This document shows, in pieces, positions 1-10,468 of a DNA stretch of 64,000 nt (positions within the stretch are counted from its first letter, which is position 1; each line of letters begins with the position of its first letter). The translations under genes were made by a program, and so were the position numbers. The notes under the pieces were generated by a model that saw only the letters and a list, made by a program, of their open reading frames with translations, was not told the origin of the DNA and searched no databases. Source of the stretch: an uncultured bacterium (GTDB lineage: Bacteria; SAR324; NAC60-12); assembly GCA_965662235.1 (NCBI GenBank), contig CBFIGY010000001.1:1-64000 (forward strand), written 5' to 3'.

Positions 1-2
1 AG

Positions 3-215
3 CACCTAGAGGAGTTGGACCGGATCCTCATTCCTGAGGACTTCTCGCCTCAGGGAATTTCTGGACTGTCTCGGGAGGTGGTAGAAAAGCTGGAGAAGAT
101 CCGACCGGTGTCTCTGGGACAGGCCAGCCGCATTGATGGGCTGACCCCGGCCGCAATCGCGATTCTGCGGGTGCAGCTCAAGGCGCACCGCGCTCGCAAA
201 GCCGCGGCCGCCTGA
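3..215 (+). CDS. mnmG: tRNA uridine-5-carboxymethylaminomethyl modification enzyme MnmG/GidA, C-terminal end (5'-partial)
   Basis: [32 protein letters not shown] matches the GidA C-terminal helical domain. The frame is open to the window edge. Confidence 0.9.
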   Translation, partial: HLEELDRILIPEDFSPQGISGLSREVVEKLEKIRPVSLGQASRIDGLTPAAIAILRVQLKAHRARKAAAA

Positions 216-248
216 AGCCTGTGGGAGCAGAAGCTCCCGGAACGTCGG

Positions 249-2153
249 TCAGCCTTCGCCGTACTGACCGATGCCACACGCCTTCATGGCCTCGGTGATC
301 TCTTCCAGAATCACCGGGTCGTCAATGGTGGGCGGCACCGGAACGTCCTGCTCTGCAGCAAGCTGCCGCAGGGTCTTGCGCAGGATCTTTCCGGAACGGG
401 TCTTCGGCAGGCGCTTGACGATCGCCGAGTGCCGGAAGTACGCCACCGCGCCAATCTCACGCCGGATGATGGCCACGAGCTCCGCCTGCATCTCCGCCTG
501 CGTCTTCTCCTGTCCATCCTTGAGGACCACAAAGCCGACCGGAATTTGCCCCCGGAGTTCATCATCAATTCCCACCACAGCACACTCCGCCACCGCCGAG
601 TGTCCGCCAATGAGTTCCTCCATCTCCCCCGTTGAGAGACGGTGTCCGGCCACGTTGATGACATCGTCAATGCGTCCCATCACAAACAGGTAGCCGTCCT
701 CGTCCTTCATCCCACCGTCTCCGGTCAGGTAGTACCCTGGGAAGGTCTCTAGGTAGCCCTTGCGGAAGCGCTCGTTGTTCCCCCAGAGCGTGGGCAAGCA
801 GCTCGGCGGAAGCGGGAGCTTGACGACAATGTTGCCGGTTTCTCCAGGCTGACACTCCAGGCCACCGTCGTCGAGAATGCGGACGTCGTAGCCGGGCATC
901 GGCAGAGCCGGAGAGCCTGTTTTGGGCGGATGCGGTTCAATGCCCATCGGGTTGGCACAGATCGCCCACCCGGTCTCTGTTTGCCACCAGTGGTCGATCA
1001 CCGGCACATCGAGGATGCTCTTCAGCCAATCGTAGGTGGGCGGATCCAGCCGCTCTCCTGCAAGGTACAGGGTTCGGAGGGAGCTGATGTCGTACTTGGC
1101 CTTTTCCTGTGCCTCCGGATCCTCCTTCTTGACGGCTCGGAACGCCGTGGGTGCCGTGAAGAAGGTGTTGATCTTGTGCTCAGCGATCATCCTCCAGAAC
1201 GCCCCGGCGTCCGGCGTCTTGACCGGCTTTCCCTCATAGACAATGGTGGTGCAGCCCTGCAGAAGCGGCGCGTAGACGATGTAGGAGTGTCCCACCACCC
1301 AGCCCACATCGGAGGCCGCCCAGAAGACGTCTCCGGGGTCAGTGTTGTAGACGGCCTTCATGCTGTACTTCATGGCAACCGCGTGCCCGCCGTTGTCCCG
1401 GATCACCCCTTTGGGGAGCCCCGTGGTTCCCGAGGTGTAGAGCACATAAAGCGGGTCGGTGGCATCCACCGGCACCGGATCCACAGGTTGCGCCTGAGCG
1501 ACCTGCTCCTGCCAATCGTAATCTCGACCCGCCTGCATGGACGCGGTCGCCTGCGGACGTTGCAGGAGGATCACTGACTGCGGAGGCGTTTTTGCGAGCT
1601 CGAGGGCCTTGTCCACCAGGGGCTTGTATTCAATGACCCGGTTCACCTCGATGCCACAGCTGGCGGTGACCAGTGCCTTGGGCTGCGCATCGTCAATGCG
1701 CACTGCCAGTTCGTGAGGGGCAAAGCCTCCAAAGACCACCGAGTGGATGGCTCCAATCCGGGCACACGCCAGCATCGCCACGGCAGCTTCCACCATCATT
1801 GGCATGTAAACCACCACGCGGTCTCCTTTTTCCACGCCCAGGGACTGAAGGACTCCGGCAAAGGTGGCCACTTCCTGCTGCAGCTCCCGGTAGGTCACCG
1901 TCCGCTGGGTGTCGGTGACAGGGGAGTCGTAGATCAGCGCCGGCTGATCGGCCCGTCCGTTCTCAACGTGGTAATCGACGGCAAGGTAGCACGTGTTGAG
2001 TTTCCCGCCCTTGAACCAGCGGTAGAAGCCCTCTTCATCCTGAGAGAGGATGGTCTGGGGGAATTCGTACCAGTCCAGCTGCTCCGCCTGCTCGCGCCAA
2101 AAGGCTTCCGGGTGCTCAAGCGATTGCTGGTACTGTTCCCGATAGGCTGTCAT
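249..2153 (-). CDS. prpE: Propionyl-CoA synthetase (acetate/propionate-CoA ligase)
   Basis: YTSGTTGLPKG AMP-binding motif, RDNGGHAVA and DHWWQTETGW typical of PrpE, PKTRSGK. Start moved to ATG 2153, which has an AGGAG RBS. Confidence 0.85.
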   Translation of the reverse strand: MTAYREQYQQSLEHPEAFWREQAEQLDWYEFPQTILSQDEEGFYRWFKGGKLNTCYLAVDYHVENGRADQPALIYDSPVTDTQRTVTYRELQQEVATFAGVLQSLGVEKGDRVVVYMPMMVEAAVAMLACARIGAIHSVVFGGFAPHELAVRIDDAQPKALVTASCGIEVNRVIEYKPLVDKALELAKTPPQSVILLQRPQATASMQAGRDYDWQEQVAQAQPVDPVPVDATDPLYVLYTSGTTGLPKGVIRDNGGHAVAMKYSMKAVYNTDPGDVFWAASDVGWVVGHSYIVYAPLLQGCTTIVYEGKPVKTPDAGAFWRMIAEHKINTFFTAPTAFRAVKKEDPEAQEKAKYDISSLRTLYLAGERLDPPTYDWLKSILDVPVIDHWWQTETGWAICANPMGIEPHPPKTGSPALPMPGYDVRILDDGGLECQPGETGNIVVKLPLPPSCLPTLWGNNERFRKGYLETFPGYYLTGDGGMKDEDGYLFVMGRIDDVINVAGHRLSTGEMEELIGGHSAVAECAVVGIDDELRGQIPVGFVVLKDGQEKTQAEMQAELVAIIRREIGAVAYFRHSAIVKRLPKTRSGKILRKTLRQLAAEQDVPVPPTIDDPVILEEITEAMKACGIGQYGEG

Positions 2154-2205
2154 GAGTTTTCTCCTGTTGAGGGTCAAGTTGAGGTGACATGCGGTCGTAG
2201 GGGGC

Positions 2206-2634
2206 CTAACTCATCATCATGTCACGCATGTAGGGAATCAGGCGCATCACCCAGTCCGGATGACGCTGCCAATTCGACATGTCGTAGTTGGGATTGAAGT
2301 AGTCCAGAAACCCCATAAGGGGGTCACTGGTGAGGCTTGAAGCCGGACGGAAGGCCATGGACCATCCGGTGAAGTACCGGGCCTCAGCGTCCCCTTGATC
2401 AAAGATGGAAATGAGTTCGTGGCGGGAGTCTTGTCGGATCCGCTCAAAGAGCGTTTGAACAGACGACCGAGGTCCCTCGAGGTACTGAAAGAAACGTTCA
2501 TTTCCATAGAGGAGGACTCCGGTGATGCCGCTGCTTTCATTGCGCACACGAGCCTTGCTGAGCATGGACGCAAGCGCCTCATCCTCCATTGCGTGGGTCG
2601 CAAAGCTGCCGTATGCCAAGTAGAAAAGACCCAT
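2206..2634 (-). CDS. Stand-alone BLUF blue-light sensor (flavin-binding)
   Basis: LAYGS (Tyr), ARVRN...GITGVLLY...FFQYLEG (Asn, Gln), DSRH, WSMAF: all BLUF signature residues are present. Confidence 0.92.
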   Translation of the reverse strand: MGLFYLAYGSFATHAMEDEALASMLSKARVRNESSGITGVLLYGNERFFQYLEGPRSSVQTLFERIRQDSRHELISIFDQGDAEARYFTGWSMAFRPASSLTSDPLMGFLDYFNPNYDMSNWQRHPDWVMRLIPYMRDMMMS

Positions 2635-2776
2635 GAGGGCTCCCGAGATGAAATGGGGCGGGATCCATGGTGATGAATGAGCCTTCCTTGATCGGTTCTT
2701 GAGGGTTCAAGAAGCAAGGGGCGTTTAGGAGCAGGAGAAGCGCCTGAGCCGAGCCCGGCGCCCCTCCGGACTTGGG

Positions 2777-4501
2777 TCAGGGTTCGCGGACGTAGGTCCC
2801 TGGGGCCTCTGCCAGCGGCTTGTGCTTGGTGCTTCCCATCTTGGGAGGCGCCACCATCTTGCCAGCTCGCTCGCTCAGCCAAGCGGTCCAGTCGTTCCAC
2901 CACGTGTCATTGGTCTTCGACTGCTTGGACTGCCAGGACTCGGGGGAACTTCCCGAGTCTCCTTCACCGGCCCAGTAGCTTCGCTTGGGGGGATCAACCG
3001 GAGGGTTGACCACACCAGCGATGTGTCCGGACGTGGAGAGGGAGAAGCGCACGGGTCCCTTCACCAGGTTATTGATCCGGTAGACCTGCTTCCACGGGGT
3101 GATGTGGTCCTCTTCTGCAGCCACACAGTAGAGGGGCTGAGTGATGCGGCGGAGGTCAATCGGCTGTCCGGCCAGAGTGATCCCGTCCTTCTCCTTCAGC
3201 TTGTTGTGCAGGTAGTACTCCCGGAGGTAGAACTTGTGCATCGCCTCTGGCATGCGGGTGGAATCATCGTTCCAGTACAGCATGTCGATGGGCGGGGGTT
3301 GCTTACCGTAGAGGTAGTTGTTGATGAAGTAGTGCCAGATCAGCCCATCCGGACGGAGCATGCGCATGGTGGTGCCCATCTGCTTGCCGTCTAGGTAGCC
3401 CTGCTCCGCCATGGTCTTCTCCAGCTCCTTCAACGACTCCTCGTTGATGAAGACGCCCAAGTCGCCAGGCTGCTCAAAGTCCACCAGGGTCGTCAGCAGC
3501 GTCCAGTCCTCCACCGGGTTGGCCTTGCGGTTCTTCGGGTGACTGTACCAGGCCATTGCCGAGGACAGGAGCGTTCCGCCGATGCAGTATCCCACCGCGT
3601 GAAGCTTCTTGGCGCCGGTGATCTGCTGGGCCACCTCGAAGGCGGTGATCGGCCCCTGCTGGAGGTAGTCGTCCATGCCGACGTTCCGCATCTCCGCTGT
3701 CGGATTCTTCCAGCTGATGACAAAGGTGGTAAAGCCCTTGGAGACGAGGTTACGGATGAAGCTCTTCTTGGGCGCCAGGTCGAGGATGTAGAACTTGTTG
3801 ATCCACGGGGGGGTGATGACCACCGGCTTCTCGTGGACCTCTTCGGTCATTGGCGAGTACTGAATCAGCTCCATCAGCTCGTTCCGGAAGACCACCTGTC
3901 CTGGCGTGCTGGCCAGGTTTTCCCCCACCTTGAACGGCGACTTGTCCACCGTCTCCGGCAGTCCGTCTCCGGTGCTGATGTCCTTCAGCCAGTTCTGCAG
4001 TCCCTGCCGCAGGCTCTCGCCCTTGGTTTCCACAAACTGGTTGATGGCATTGGGGTTGGTCCAGAAGTAGTTGTCTGGAGAGAGTGCGCTCAGCATCTGC
4101 TTAGACCAAAAGGTCGCGTCTCGCTTCACGTTCTCTTCAACAGGCGCGCTCTGGATGTTCTGTTCCATCCACCCGGAGTACGTCTGGTAGTACTCCCGGA
4201 TCCACTTGAAGTACGGAAGCTTGGACCAGTCGGCCTTGCCCTCCGCATCTGGGGGCTCCGGTTGCTGGTTGAGGAATTCCTGCCACACCTGCTGGTTGGT
4301 CTCTGTGATGCGCTCCGACCAGGAACGCATGGCCTCCCCGAGTTCCTGGGGATTCTGGGCCCAGGCCTCGGCCACACGCTGCAGGGACTTCATGGCGCCC
4401 ATGGGGTCGGCTGAGGAAGGCGGGGCGCCCATATTGGACGCCATCTGCCCCATCATTTCCTGAAACCAATCCTGTGGCTGTTTGTCCTTGGAGTCTGCCA
4501 T
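2777..4501 (-). CDS. phaC: Class I poly(R)-hydroxyalkanoate synthase
   Basis: PPWINKFYILDL, lipase box GYCIGG, WNDD, EDHITPW, SGHIAGVVNPP. Confidence 0.95.
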   Translation of the reverse strand: MADSKDKQPQDWFQEMMGQMASNMGAPPSSADPMGAMKSLQRVAEAWAQNPQELGEAMRSWSERITETNQQVWQEFLNQQPEPPDAEGKADWSKLPYFKWIREYYQTYSGWMEQNIQSAPVEENVKRDATFWSKQMLSALSPDNYFWTNPNAINQFVETKGESLRQGLQNWLKDISTGDGLPETVDKSPFKVGENLASTPGQVVFRNELMELIQYSPMTEEVHEKPVVITPPWINKFYILDLAPKKSFIRNLVSKGFTTFVISWKNPTAEMRNVGMDDYLQQGPITAFEVAQQITGAKKLHAVGYCIGGTLLSSAMAWYSHPKNRKANPVEDWTLLTTLVDFEQPGDLGVFINEESLKELEKTMAEQGYLDGKQMGTTMRMLRPDGLIWHYFINNYLYGKQPPPIDMLYWNDDSTRMPEAMHKFYLREYYLHNKLKEKDGITLAGQPIDLRRITQPLYCVAAEEDHITPWKQVYRINNLVKGPVRFSLSTSGHIAGVVNPPVDPPKRSYWAGEGDSGSSPESWQSKQSKTNDTWWNDWTAWLSERAGKMVAPPKMGSTKHKPLAEAPGTYVREP

Positions 4502-4532
4502 TCGGCTCCTCTTGCAAAGGTTGAGAGTTCAG

Positions 4533-5291
4533 TTAGATGCGCAGACCACCGTCACACTCGATCACCCGACCGGTGAAGTAGTCATTCTCCAGGATGTACA
4601 TGGCCGAGTGGCTGATCTCACTTGGGTCACCAAGACGCTTCAGCGGCACCTGGTCAATGATCTTCTGCTTCACGTCATCTCGGATGGCGGCCACCATTTC
4701 GGTGTTGATGTAACCTGGAGCAATGGCGCCCACACGGATTCCGTACCGAGAGAGTTCCTTTGCCCAGGTAACGGTCATTTCCGCCACACCGGCTTTGGTT
4801 GCCGTGTAGTTGGTCTGCCCCATGTTGCCGCTCCGGGAGATGCTGGAGATGTTGATGCAGACTCCAGCCTTGTCCTGCTCCAGGAGCTTGCCGAAGAACT
4901 CACGGGCACAGAGGAAGACTCCGGTGAGGTTGACGTCGATCACCAGCTGCCAGTTGGCCAGGGACATCTTCTGCACCACGCCGTCCTTCTTACGGACCAG
5001 CAGGCCATCCCGGGTGATGCCCGCATTGTTGATGAGGGCATCAACGGTCCCGAAGTCGGCGACCACGTCCGTAAAGAGCTTCTCCACTTCGTCTTCCTTG
5101 GAGACGTTGGTGACGTAGGTCCGGACCTCCACGCCCTTGGCGTCACAGCTGGCCTTGACGCCGGCCAGGTCGTCGGCATTCAGGTCCACCAGCGCCAGTT
5201 TGGCTCCTCGGTCAGCCAGGTCATTGGCAAACGCTTTTCCGAGTCCGCGTCCACCACCGGTCACAACAATGACTTTATCCTTGATTTCCAT
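4533..5291 (-). CDS. SDR family 3-oxoacyl reductase, probable acetoacetyl-CoA reductase (PhaB role)
   Basis: TGGGRGLG, NNAGITRD, GQTNYTATK (YxxxK). Sits between phaA and phaC. Confidence 0.8.
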   Translation of the reverse strand: MEIKDKVIVVTGGGRGLGKAFANDLADRGAKLALVDLNADDLAGVKASCDAKGVEVRTYVTNVSKEDEVEKLFTDVVADFGTVDALINNAGITRDGLLVRKKDGVVQKMSLANWQLVIDVNLTGVFLCAREFFGKLLEQDKAGVCINISSISRSGNMGQTNYTATKAGVAEMTVTWAKELSRYGIRVGAIAPGYINTEMVAAIRDDVKQKIIDQVPLKRLGDPSEISHSAMYILENDYFTGRVIECDGGLRI

Positions 5292-5356
5292 GTGCTTGTT
5301 CCGTTCGTTGAATCTGTGTTGTTAAGAAGAACCCCTGTTTTGTGGTGCTCCGTGGG

Positions 5357-6538
5357 TCAGCGCTCCACGGCAAGGGCCACGCCCTGTCCACCGCCGATGC
5401 AGAGCGTCGCAACGCCCTTCTTGGCATCCCGCTTCTGCATTTCGTGCAGCAGGGTCACCAGAATGCGTGCTCCAGAAGCGCCAATCGGGTGTCCGATGGC
5501 AATGGCGCCTCCGTTCACATTGACCTTGTCGGTGTCCCAACCGAGGTCCTTGTTGACCGAGATGGACTGAGCGGCAAAGGCCTCATTGGACTCAACCAGG
5601 TCCAGGTCGTTGACCGTCCAGCCAGCCTTGTCCAGACACTTCCGGGTGGCCGGAATGGGTCCGGTTCCCATGATGGCAGGGTCCACTCCGGCGTTGGAGT
5701 AGGCCTTGATCGTCGCCAGAGGCGTCAGCCCCAGCTCCTTGGCCTTGGAGGCCGACATCACCACCACTGCAGCAGCGCCGTCGTTCAGTCCGGACGCGTT
5801 TCCTGCGGTCACGGTGCCTTCCTTGGAGAAGGCGGGACGCAGCTTGGACATGTCTGCAAGCTGAGCGCCCTTGCGGATGTACTCGTCTTTCTGGAACACC
5901 ACAGGGTCGCCCTTGCGCTGCGGGATCTCCACAGGGGTGATCTCGTCGTCAAAGCGTCCGGATTCCTGAGCGGCTTCGGCCTTGTTCTGGGAGCGGTAGG
6001 CAAACTCGTCCTGCTCGTTCCGGTCGATGCTGTACTTCTCTGCGACGTTTTCTGCGGTGGTGCCCATGTGGTAGTTGTTGGTGGCACACCACAGGCCATC
6101 CTTGATCATCGTGTCCACCAGCTTCCAGTCCCCCATCCGCTGTCCATCCCGGGAGCCGGGGAGAACGTGTGCGGCACGGCTCATGTTTTCCTGTCCTCCG
6201 GCAATGACCACGTCGGCATCTCCACAACGGATCGCCTGCGCGGCCAAGTGAACCGCCTTGAGTCCGCTGCCACAGACCTTGTTGATGGTCATGGCGGGAA
6301 CCTCGTGGGGGAGGCCTGCGATCAGAGCCGCCTGACGGGCTGGGTTCTGGCCGTCTCCTGCTGCCAGGACCTGTCCCAAAATCACTTCGTTGACCTGCTC
6401 AGGCTTCAGGTTCGCCTTCTTCAGCAGGCTCCGAATGACGGTCGCTCCCAACTCAGCGGCCGGCAGCGCGCTCAGGCTGCCGCCAAATTTTCCAACAGCG
6501 GTGCGGGTTGCCGCGACAATGACCACTTCTTCTGACAT
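5357..6538 (-). CDS. phaA: Acetyl-CoA C-acetyltransferase (beta-ketothiolase)
   Basis: [28 protein letters not shown]. Start moved to ATG 6538 (MSEEVVIV) with an AAGGAG RBS. Confidence 0.93.
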   Translation of the reverse strand: MSEEVVIVAATRTAVGKFGGSLSALPAAELGATVIRSLLKKANLKPEQVNEVILGQVLAAGDGQNPARQAALIAGLPHEVPAMTINKVCGSGLKAVHLAAQAIRCGDADVVIAGGQENMSRAAHVLPGSRDGQRMGDWKLVDTMIKDGLWCATNNYHMGTTAENVAEKYSIDRNEQDEFAYRSQNKAEAAQESGRFDDEITPVEIPQRKGDPVVFQKDEYIRKGAQLADMSKLRPAFSKEGTVTAGNASGLNDGAAAVVVMSASKAKELGLTPLATIKAYSNAGVDPAIMGTGPIPATRKCLDKAGWTVNDLDLVESNEAFAAQSISVNKDLGWDTDKVNVNGGAIAIGHPIGASGARILVTLLHEMQKRDAKKGVATLCIGGGQGVALAVER

Positions 6539-6580
6539 TTGCTCCTTGTGAGATGCCTCCGGGACGTCCGGAGAGGGGGG

Positions 6581-6622
6581 AAAATAAAAAAGGCGCCCCA
6601 CAGACGAGTCCGGAGGCGCCTT
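6581..6622 (-). terminator. Rho-independent terminator after acs
   Basis: Minus strand reads AAGGCGCC...GGCGCCTT followed by a T-rich tract (TTTTATTTT), just after the acs stop. Confidence 0.7.
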
Positions 6623-6628
6623 CTTCAA

Positions 6629-8563
6629 TCAGGTTGCTGGGCGGTTGGAGATGAGGTCCTCAACAACTGAGGGGTCCGCCAGGGTGGAGGTGTCTCCGAG
6701 GCTACCCAGCTCGTTCTCCGCAATCTTGCGGAGGATCCGCCGCATGATCTTGCCCGAGCGGGTTTTCGGAAGCCCCGGTGCCCACTGCATGACGTCAATC
6801 GTGGCAATCGGTCCAATCTCGGTACGGACCAGTTTGACAAGCTCCTTCTTCAGGTCGTCACTGGGCTCCACCCCCGTGTTGAGGGTGACGTAGGCATAAA
6901 TGCCCTGGCCCTTGATTTCGTGCGGGTAGCCCACCACCGCAGCCTCTGCCACGCTTTCGTGCAGCACCAGCGCCGACTCCACTTCCGCAGTGCCCATGCG
7001 GTGTCCGGACACGTTGATGACGTCATCCACACGACCGGTGATCCAGTAGAATCCGTCCGCGTCACGGCGGCAGCCGTCTCCGGTGAAGTAGTAGCCCTTG
7101 TAGGTGCTGAAGTAGGTCTGGTAGAAGCGTTCCTGGTCACCATAAACGGTCCGCATCTGTCCTGGCCAGGACTGCTTGATGCAGAGGTTGCCTTCGGTGG
7201 CGCCTTCCAGTTCGTTGCCTTCCGCATCCACGAGCACCGGCTGCACGCCGAAGAACGGACGGGTCGCTGAGCCCGGCTTGAGCGGAGTGGCGCCCGGAAG
7301 CGGAGTGATGAGGATGCCACCGGTTTCCGTCTGCCACCAGGTGTCCACAATCGGACAGTTGCCCTTGCCCACCACATTGTAGTACCAGAGCCACGCTTCC
7401 GGATTGATCGGTTCCCCAACGGAACCCAGCACGCGGAGGCTGGAGAGGTCTCGCTTGTTGACCAGCTCGTCCCCTTCCTTGGCAATGGCTCGGATGGCCG
7501 TTGGAGCGGTGTAGAAGATGTTGACCTGGTGCTTGTCCACCACGTCCCAGAAACGTCCGTAGTCCGGGTAGTTCGGGATGCCTTCAAACATCAAGGTGGT
7601 GGCACCATTGGCCAACGGGCCATAGACGATGTAGCTGTGTCCGGTCACCCAGCCGACGTCGGCCGTACACCAGTAGACGTCTCCCTCGTGGTAGTCAAAG
7701 ACGTACTGATGCGTGATCGAGGCATACAGCAGGTAGCCTCCGGACGTGTGCAGCACGCCCTTGGGTTTTCCGGTGGAGCCAGAGGTGTAGAGGATGAAGA
7801 GGGGGTCTTCGGCATCATGTGCTTCAGCCGGGCAGTCAGCAGACGCCTGAGCCATCTCCTCGTGGTACCAGCAGTCACGCTGATCGTTCCACTCAACCGG
7901 GTCCCCGCCCCGCTGCACCACCAGCACTGCTTCAATGCTTGGGGTGGACTCACAGGCCTTGTCCGCGTTGGTCTTCAGCGGCACCTTGCGTCCGCCACGG
8001 AGGCTCTGGTCAGCCGTGACCAGCACCTTACAGGCCGAGTCGTTGATGCGGTCCTTGAGGGCGTCCGGAGAGAAGCCTCCGAAGACGATGGAGTGGATGG
8101 CGCCAATCCGGGCACAGGCCAGCATGGCCACAGCCGCCTCTGGAATCATGGGCATGTACAGGCACACACGGTCGCCCTTCTCCACGCCCTTGGACTTGAG
8201 CACATTGGAGAACTTGCAGACCTCTTCGTGCAGCTCCCGGTAGGTGATCTTGCGGTCGAGGTTCGGATCGTCGCTTTCCCAAATGATCGCAACCTGATCA
8301 CCACGGGTCTCCAGGTGGCGGTCCAAGCAGTTGTACGCCACATTCAGCTTCCCCCCTTCAAACCAGCGGATGTGAGCCTGTTCATAGTCCACGTCCATCA
8401 CCTTGTCCCAGGGCTTCTCCCAGTGCAAACGTTCCTGGGCCTGCTTGCCCCAGAAGCCTTCCGGATCCTTGACCGACTCCTCATACATCTTGAGGTAGGT
8501 TTCATTGTCGATCAGCGCCTTGCCTTCAAAGGAAGCGGGGACGTCGAAAAGGTGCTCGCTCAT
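6629..8563 (-). CDS. acs: Acetyl-CoA synthetase
   Basis: [42 protein letters not shown]. Confidence 0.96.
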   Translation of the reverse strand: MSEHLFDVPASFEGKALIDNETYLKMYEESVKDPEGFWGKQAQERLHWEKPWDKVMDVDYEQAHIRWFEGGKLNVAYNCLDRHLETRGDQVAIIWESDDPNLDRKITYRELHEEVCKFSNVLKSKGVEKGDRVCLYMPMIPEAAVAMLACARIGAIHSIVFGGFSPDALKDRINDSACKVLVTADQSLRGGRKVPLKTNADKACESTPSIEAVLVVQRGGDPVEWNDQRDCWYHEEMAQASADCPAEAHDAEDPLFILYTSGSTGKPKGVLHTSGGYLLYASITHQYVFDYHEGDVYWCTADVGWVTGHSYIVYGPLANGATTLMFEGIPNYPDYGRFWDVVDKHQVNIFYTAPTAIRAIAKEGDELVNKRDLSSLRVLGSVGEPINPEAWLWYYNVVGKGNCPIVDTWWQTETGGILITPLPGATPLKPGSATRPFFGVQPVLVDAEGNELEGATEGNLCIKQSWPGQMRTVYGDQERFYQTYFSTYKGYYFTGDGCRRDADGFYWITGRVDDVINVSGHRMGTAEVESALVLHESVAEAAVVGYPHEIKGQGIYAYVTLNTGVEPSDDLKKELVKLVRTEIGPIATIDVMQWAPGLPKTRSGKIMRRILRKIAENELGSLGDTSTLADPSVVEDLISNRPAT

Positions 8564-8611
8564 TGTTTTCTCCTCTTAGGATGTGCCTGCCGAATCACGC
8601 CTAAAGCGATA

Positions 8612-8644
8612 ACCCTAGCATGGAATTAGAAAATTGACAATTTT
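8612..8644 (-). promoter_or_regulatory. Putative sigma-70 promoter of acs, with a palindrome over the -35 element
   Basis: Minus strand TTGTCA-17 nt-TAGGGT with an extended-10 TG. AAAATTG-A-CAATTTT inverted repeat at 8630-8644. Confidence 0.5.
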
Positions 8645-8710
8645 AACAGCTTTTTTGCACTTAAATTTTAGAAATTCAGAATTCCGGTAGAAACTCTGTT
8701 TGTCCAAAAC

Positions 8711-10411
8711 TCAGTGAGACTGGGCCGCGCCTGCCCCCTTGGGCACCCGGATGTGGTCAATCATCTCCTGAACGTCTTCCGGCACTTCCTTGGTGAAGAG
8801 GGAAACGACGTACGCGACGACAAAGTTCACAATCATGCCCACGGTTCCGATCCCCTCAGGAGAGGTGGAGAACCACCAGTTCTCCGCCGTGTTGGCCGCG
8901 GGGTTCATGAACTTGAAGTAGACGATGTACCCCGTTGTGAGGGCAATGCCTGCGATCATGCCGGCAATCGCCCCTTCCTTGGTGGTGCGCTTGCTGAAGA
9001 TCCCCAGAATGATAACCGGGAAGAAGGAGGACGCTGCAAGCCCAAAGGCAAACGCGACCACCTGAGCGACAAAGCCGGGCGGGTTGATGCCGAAGTAGCC
9101 CGCAACCACCACCGCCGCACCTGCCGCCGCACGGGCGTACCAGAGCTCCGCCTTTTCGCTGAGATCCGGATTCACGGTGCGCTTCATCAGGTCGTGCGAG
9201 ATCGAGGTGGAGATGACCAGCAGGAGTCCTGCTGCTGTGGAAAGCGCCGCCGCCAGTCCACCCGCAGCAACCAGTCCGATCACCCATGAGGGCAGTCCGG
9301 CGATTTCCGGGTTGGCCAGCACCATGATGTCACGGTCCACCGTCAGCTCGTTGGCAAGGCCATCCGGAGGCTGCGGACCACGGTACTGGATGACGCCGTC
9401 GCCGTTCTTGTCCTCCCACTTGATCAGGCCCGTCTGCTCCCAGGTCTTCACCCACTGCGGAGCCTGGGTTTCGTAGACCTTGCCGTTGACCGTCTCAATC
9501 ATGTTGTAGCGGGCAAAGGCGCCAATGGCCGGAGCCGTCGTGTAGAGCAGGGAAATGAAGATCAGCGCCCAGCCTGCCGACGTCCGGGCGTCTGCCACCT
9601 TCGGAACGGTGAAGAAGCGGATGATGACGTGAGGCAGTCCGGCGGTTCCCACCATCAGTGCCACCGTGATCATGAACAGGTCCGTCATCGACTTGGAGTT
9701 CGAGGTGTACTCAGCAAAGCCCAGCTCCCGGTGGAGGCCATTGAGCTTGTCCATCAGCCCCCCCTCACTGAGGGCAGAGATGAACCCCAGCTGCGGCAGA
9801 AAGGTGTCGGTGAGCTGGATGGACAGGAAGAAGGCCGGGACCATGTAGGCGAAGATCATCACACAGTACTGCGCCACCTGCGTGTACGTGATGCCCTTCA
9901 TGCCCCCAAGGGTCGCGTAGAAGAACACCAGGATCATCCCAATCACCACCCCGGTTTCCACACTGGTCTCGAGGAAGCGGGAAAAGACCACCCCCACGCC
10001 TCGCATCTGTCCGGCAACGTAGGTGAAGGAGACAAAGATGGCACAGACCAGCGCCACGGTCCGGGCGGCACTGGAGTAGTAGCGGGTGCCCACAAAGTCC
10101 GGAACCGTAAACTGACCAAACTTCCGCAGGTAGGGAGCCAGCAGCAGGGCCAGCAGAACGTATCCGCCCGTCCAGCCCATGAGGTACATGGAACCCGTGT
10201 AGCCCAGGAAGGAAATCAGCCCGGCCATGGAGATGTAGGAGGCTGCCGACATCCAGTCGGCGGCCGTGGCCATGCCGTTCGCAATCGGCGGCACCCCGCC
10301 TCCAGCGACATAGAATTCACTGGTGGAACCGGCTCGGGACCAGATGGCAATGGCGATGTAGACGCCGAAGGTGACAAAGACGAAGAGGTAAGTCCAGGTT
10401 TGGATATCCAT
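8711..10411 (-). CDS. actP: Cation/acetate symporter (sodium:solute symporter, ActP/VC_2705-like)
   Basis: NGMATAADWMSAAS, GTAGLPHVIIRFFTVP, many TM segments, adjacent to acs. Confidence 0.88.
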   Translation of the reverse strand: MDIQTWTYLFVFVTFGVYIAIAIWSRAGSTSEFYVAGGGVPPIANGMATAADWMSAASYISMAGLISFLGYTGSMYLMGWTGGYVLLALLLAPYLRKFGQFTVPDFVGTRYYSSAARTVALVCAIFVSFTYVAGQMRGVGVVFSRFLETSVETGVVIGMILVFFYATLGGMKGITYTQVAQYCVMIFAYMVPAFFLSIQLTDTFLPQLGFISALSEGGLMDKLNGLHRELGFAEYTSNSKSMTDLFMITVALMVGTAGLPHVIIRFFTVPKVADARTSAGWALIFISLLYTTAPAIGAFARYNMIETVNGKVYETQAPQWVKTWEQTGLIKWEDKNGDGVIQYRGPQPPDGLANELTVDRDIMVLANPEIAGLPSWVIGLVAAGGLAAALSTAAGLLLVISTSISHDLMKRTVNPDLSEKAELWYARAAAGAAVVVAGYFGINPPGFVAQVVAFAFGLAASSFFPVIILGIFSKRTTKEGAIAGMIAGIALTTGYIVYFKFMNPAANTAENWWFSTSPEGIGTVGMIVNFVVAYVVSLFTKEVPEDVQEMIDHIRVPKGAGAAQSH

Positions 10412-10468
10412 TAGGTTGATCCGTGAAGAATTGGGGGGAAAGGCACCAGTCAGAAGATCGGACGAGGC

